Virus record (IMG/VR): IMGVR_UViG_3300049070_000043
Coordinates: 1-43,934 of that record
DNA from: a virus
Taxonomy: Duplodnaviria; Caudoviricetes
Direction: 5' to 3' (one strand)
Length of the DNA stretch: 43,934 bases
The position numbers and the translations under genes were made by a program. Every line of letters starts with the position of its first letter. Position 1 is the first letter of the stretch. The notes beneath the pieces were generated by a model. The model was not told the origin of the DNA. It did not search any database and was given only the letters and a program-made list of their open reading frames with translations. Shown here one piece after another: positions 43,907 through 43,934 of the stretch.

Positions 43907-43934
43907 CCGTGGGAATTGCGACCTTTAATTGTGG

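Noticed and set aside
43930-43934. TGTGG at both window ends as att core or target-site duplication
   Set aside because: Only 5 bp, with no integrase or transposase; may be chance or assembly overlap.
1-43934. tRNA genes, introns/inteins, phage RNA polymerase
   Set aside because: No cloverleaf seen in intergenic gaps, core genes have normal uninterrupted lengths, and no RNAP motifs were seen.

Overview
The window looks like an essentially complete (~43.9 kb) genome of a short-tailed dsDNA bacteriophage with a BPP-1/T7-like morphogenesis module. The plus strand (1.9-26 kb) carries terminase small and large subunits, portal, scaffold, major capsid, cement protein, tail adaptor and nozzle, a GNAT protein and four ejection-type proteins, one with an embedded minimal protein-kinase-like domain. 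These are followed by a 942-aa signal-peptide protein with a degenerate GH27 alpha-galactosidase fold in the tail-fibre position and three membrane/lipoproteins. No endolysin is recognisable. The minus strand (26-43.7 kb and 1.06-1.5 kb) carries SNF2 and UvrD helicases, primase, an SSB-like protein, a VRR-NUC nuclease and family-A DNA polymerase (Leu762 variant). It also carries a five-gene nucleotide cluster built around a thymidylate-synthase-family enzyme with the dCMP-type Asp, a DNA ligase and many small early genes. Non-coding features include a type II hammerhead ribozyme (minus strand, ~43133-43200), a structured capsid leader, two pairs of shared promoter-like motifs, and a repeat-rich ~1.3 kb region across the window ends flanked by two paralogous genes. 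GTAC is strongly depleted. Motifs in the exported proteins and SD-less TATG starts suggest a Verrucomicrobiota host (inference). All assignments come from reading motifs by eye; no database searches were run.
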